A stretch of DNA of 64,000 nt from Vitrella brassicaformis CCMP3155. Its lineage: Eukaryota > Protista > Chromerida. This document shows, in pieces, positions 61,063 to 64,000 of this stretch. The stretch is from contig CDMY01000261.1 in the NCBI GenBank assembly GCA_001179505.1, positions 62,001 through 126,000 of the forward strand, read 5' to 3'. The notes under the pieces are model-generated. The model was given only the letters and a program-made list of their open reading frames with translations, did not search any database and had not been told where the DNA came from. The position numbers and the translations under genes were made by a program. Positions within the stretch are counted from its first letter, which is position 1. Each line of letters opens with the position of its first letter.

Positions 61063-62600
61063 ATGTCGGAGACCCCAGCAGAGCCCACCCTTCCCTCCGC
61101 CACTCTGATCCTTGATAAATGCGAGGTGGAGCTGTCGCACGAGCTGGGGAATGGCACGGGGCGACGGTGCGTGGCGGCGTGCTCAACGGCCACTACCTGG
61201 CGTTCAAGATATGCGTCCAGACGGCCGACATGTCCAAGGTGGCGCACCATTGAGAGGGAGACGAGGCTGGAGGCAGGGCGGCTGCAGCACCTGCAGCCGG
61301 AGAAGCGGCAGCGGAGTATGCCCGGCTTGTTTGTCGACATCTATGCCTATGGCACGGCGCACTTCCGCGAGGCCGGCTCCATTGAGCCGCACGAGTGCGT
61401 CTACACACCCTGGCCAGCCTCCTCTCGAGGAAGGGGAGAGCCCACCCACCCACACAGCCCCCTCACCAGAAGGCCCTCGGCATCGCCAGCAAGATGCTCG
61501 AGACACTCGAGATAATGCGGCTGGCCGTGCGCGCCCACCGGGTGGCGATTCGTGAGGCAAGCCTGTTGTGTGGGGACCACTGCCTATTCAATGTCTTCAT
61601 CAAGCGGTCCGCCATCAACGGTGGTGAGCAACCGGGAGGGAGGGGTCCACTAGGACAATGGGAATGTGACTCAGTGCACCTACTTGCTGTGTCCTCACGC
61701 ATTCATTCAGACTCGTCGCTGCCCGAGCTGAGCGCGGCATCGGCCGGTCCCGACTCAACCACCAACCAGGAGCCGCCCCTCGTCCGCTTCATCGACCTTG
61801 CCAACGCCGTCGACCTGCCCGCCCCCACACCAGACGCCCCCGATCACCATCCGGGCGCATTCGTGCCGACCAAGGCATCGCAGCAGCAGGCCGAGCAGCA
61901 GGAGCCCGCCACGTACACGGCCTACCACGGGGCACCGGAGCAGTCATATCTGCTCTTTTGCCGCTCTTCGGGAGAGGCGGAGGCGCTGATTGACTCCTCA
62001 CGGGACGCACGCAACGCTGGCCACGAGGCGAAGGCCGAGGAGATGATAGATGAGGCATGCCGGGCAAAATGATGCGGTGGGGTGGTGCTGCGTACGAGAA
62101 GTGGGTGAAGACCGGTGAGTTGTGGCCTGCCGCGGAGCAGATGGAGGGCGAGATGAAGAGGGGCGGCGTGCTGAAGGGCCAGTGGCATGGCAAGGGCCAC
62201 GACGCGGAAAAGGTGCTGCTGAGCGAGGAGACTGTCAGCTTCAACTTCGGCATCACCATGCACAACCTGCTGAGTCCGCCGATGCCGCAGCTTTGTCCCT
62301 GCGTGAGTCCGCCTGCCCCATCCCCGTCGCTTCCGTCGACGGCCGCGTCGCTTCGCTCCCGTCTGCTGCCGAGCTGCCGTTGGTCTTCCCGCCCCCGTCA
62401 CCACAGCCCGAAGCCAGTGATGCATGTAAGCAGCTGCCTGCATCTGTAGGCAACACTACAGGAGAGGGGCTGCAACAAATGGGGGAGGGAGAGGGGGAGA
62501 AAGAGGATTCTCAGAGGCCGGTGGTCCCCCGGACGAGCAGGCAACCCCCACCACTCGCACCAGCGCCAGCCGTAGGAGCAGCAGGAGTGGTGGAGGGCAC
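61063..62600 (+). pseudogene. Intronless divergent protein kinase-like sequence with several frameshifts
   Basis: Stitching frames recovers ELGNGTGATVRGGVLNGHYLAFKI (Gly loop + VAIK), IERE (helix C), CGDHCLFNVFI (catalytic loop D/N), VRFIDLAN (DFG-like), YHGAPEQ (APE) and SEETVSFNFGITMHNLL (subdomain IX). Confidence 0.7.
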
Positions 62601-63056
62601 ACCGCCGTCGATTGGCGGCCGAGAGCAGGCGGCAGAGAGCGTTCATCGGCTGGAGGGGGAGAGGCCGCCACCATACGCGTGGCACATGTCAGGGAGGAGA
62701 CAAGGTGCCCGGCTGCTGCGAGTGCATCCGTCCAGGTACTAAGGACACTCAATACATGGATGCGCCTTATGTGTATTGTTATGCTTGTGTCAGAAGACGT
62801 TGGAGGACATTTGTGGCCCCGTCCGAGCGCAACACAATGCCCCACGTCTTGTGTCACCGTATTGGCTGCCCCCCGGCGCTCTGCCAACTCAACATTCGCC
62901 CCCGCCCCCACCGCCTCCACCACCCCCGCCACCCGCACCGCTCCCACCGCCTCTGCATCCGTACAGGGCTGGCCACGCCATCCTGGTGCGCGCGGCGGCG
63001 CCCACGACAAGAGTGAAGAAGGGGTGGCGATTGAACTATGTCACGGAGGAATATGA

Positions 63057-63752
63057 GTGGTGGTGGCCGAGTCGCAAGGAGCGAGGTGTGTGGGAGGTGA
63101 GGTCTGCGCGCCAGGACCTCCAGATGAGGGCATGGACGCTCCTGACAACCCTGGTGGGCAGAAGTCCGCAGTCAGTCGCTGGAGAGATCCCTGTTTAGGA
63201 GGGATGCGTTGCGCCACCTGCTGCGTGGCCCTATTAGTAAATGACAAGATGATGTGCCGACCCGAGGAAATTCATGCAGGGAGGGAGGGAGGGGTGATGG
63301 CTGACGGACGTGTACGGGTGCGACTCGACGGCGTGACCAGCAGGCGGCCGGCAGCGAGCGACAAATCTGCAATGCGCCTGCTGTACGGCCTCATCAACGC
63401 AGGCGCCCTCTACCTGGCCTTCGACGTCTCGACCGCACTCCCCAACGGCAAGACCGTCGACATCATGACCCTCGGCATGGTCACCATCAAGGTCACCATG
63501 TGCACCCAGAGGTGGACTGTGGTGTGGTATGTGCAGATTCTGAACGCGTTGGTTGCTGGTGGTGCGAAGGTCGTTGGTTTGACACACCACACGCAAGGCA
63601 GAGACAGCATCGATCCGGTGTTCGTGTTGGGTGGTGGCGAGTGGTGGAGGGGACACCGCCGTCGATTGACAGAGACAGCAGGCGGCATATCGCTGCGTGC
63701 ATTTTATATTTCTGAGTCTCATTTTTCATCATGGATATCTGCTTATGTGTGA
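63057..63752 (+). CDS. Possible ankyrin-like hypothetical ORF or fragment
   Basis: 231-aa ORF with MRLLYGLINAG..IMTLGM..QILNALVAGGAKV, resembling the ankyrin helix-GA motif. Whether it is intact is unclear. Confidence 0.3.
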   Translation: MVVAESQGARCVGGEVCAPGPPDEGMDAPDNPGGQKSAVSRWRDPCLGGMRCATCCVALLVNDKMMCRPEEIHAGREGGVMADGRVRVRLDGVTSRRPAASDKSAMRLLYGLINAGALYLAFDVSTALPNGKTVDIMTLGMVTIKVTMCTQRWTVVWYVQILNALVAGGAKVVGLTHHTQGRDSIDPVFVLGGGEWWRGHRRRLTETAGGISLRAFYISESHFSSWISAYV

Positions 63753-64000
63753 ATGAATGTGCGCGGACATGAAGCGTCAGCCAATTTATGTGAAGGTGCT
63801 TGACGTCAGTCGACAACAATCACTCACTCGCTCACTCACTCACTCACGCCCATCCATCCATCCATCCGTCGTCTGTCCATTTATCTGTCTGTCTGTGGTA
63901 TGCACACACTCACTCTTTGTCTTGTTCTGTTGCAATCACGCACACGACAGGCAGCATGATGCTCAACACAGGATCGACCATAGAGTGATCAGGGCAGGAA

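Noticed and set aside
60340-61186. Minus-strand gene suggested by repeated CAG|GTGAGG donors
   Set aside because: The frames disagree between the two copies, and the plus strand gives the phase-consistent exon join.
1-64000. Hundreds of six-frame ORFs with HTHT, CVCV, RQTD or LSLS runs
   Set aside because: They are translations of intronic or intergenic microsatellites, or antisense shadows of GC-rich exons.

Overview
Intron-dense eukaryotic window: introns of about 50-170 nt packed with (TG)n, (CA)n, (GACA)n and (GGAT)n microsatellites, and GC3-rich exons. This style plus an apicomplexan-type Kelch-MORC, a CBM20-TPS/TPP and bipartite plastid leaders points to a chromerid alveolate, probably Vitrella (inference). 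I spliced about 17 gene models by hand: CBM20-TPS/TPP, eIF3m, Kelch-MORC (interrupted by a 300-N gap), succinate-semialdehyde dehydrogenase, a divergent Arf, an ankyrin protein, two coiled-coil proteins, secreted Cys-rich proteins, two probable plastid-targeted proteins, a tandem duplicate pair with one frameshifted copy, and a decayed kinase locus at the right end. Top observations: (1) the 8-mer TGCGAGCT appears only upstream of start codons, including all five clear head-to-head gaps; (2) an IP3-receptor RIH-like domain in a protein with no channel; (3) an RST-like helical hub at the MORC N-terminus plus a catalytic Glu-to-His swap; (4) a TPS/TPP with degenerate catalytic motifs; (5) introns with 5' CA-rich and 3' TG-rich blocks; (6) an unfamiliar 4-Cys module repeated three times. 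No tRNA, rRNA, CRISPR array or recognisable transposase was seen. All domain calls come from recalled family motifs, not database searches.
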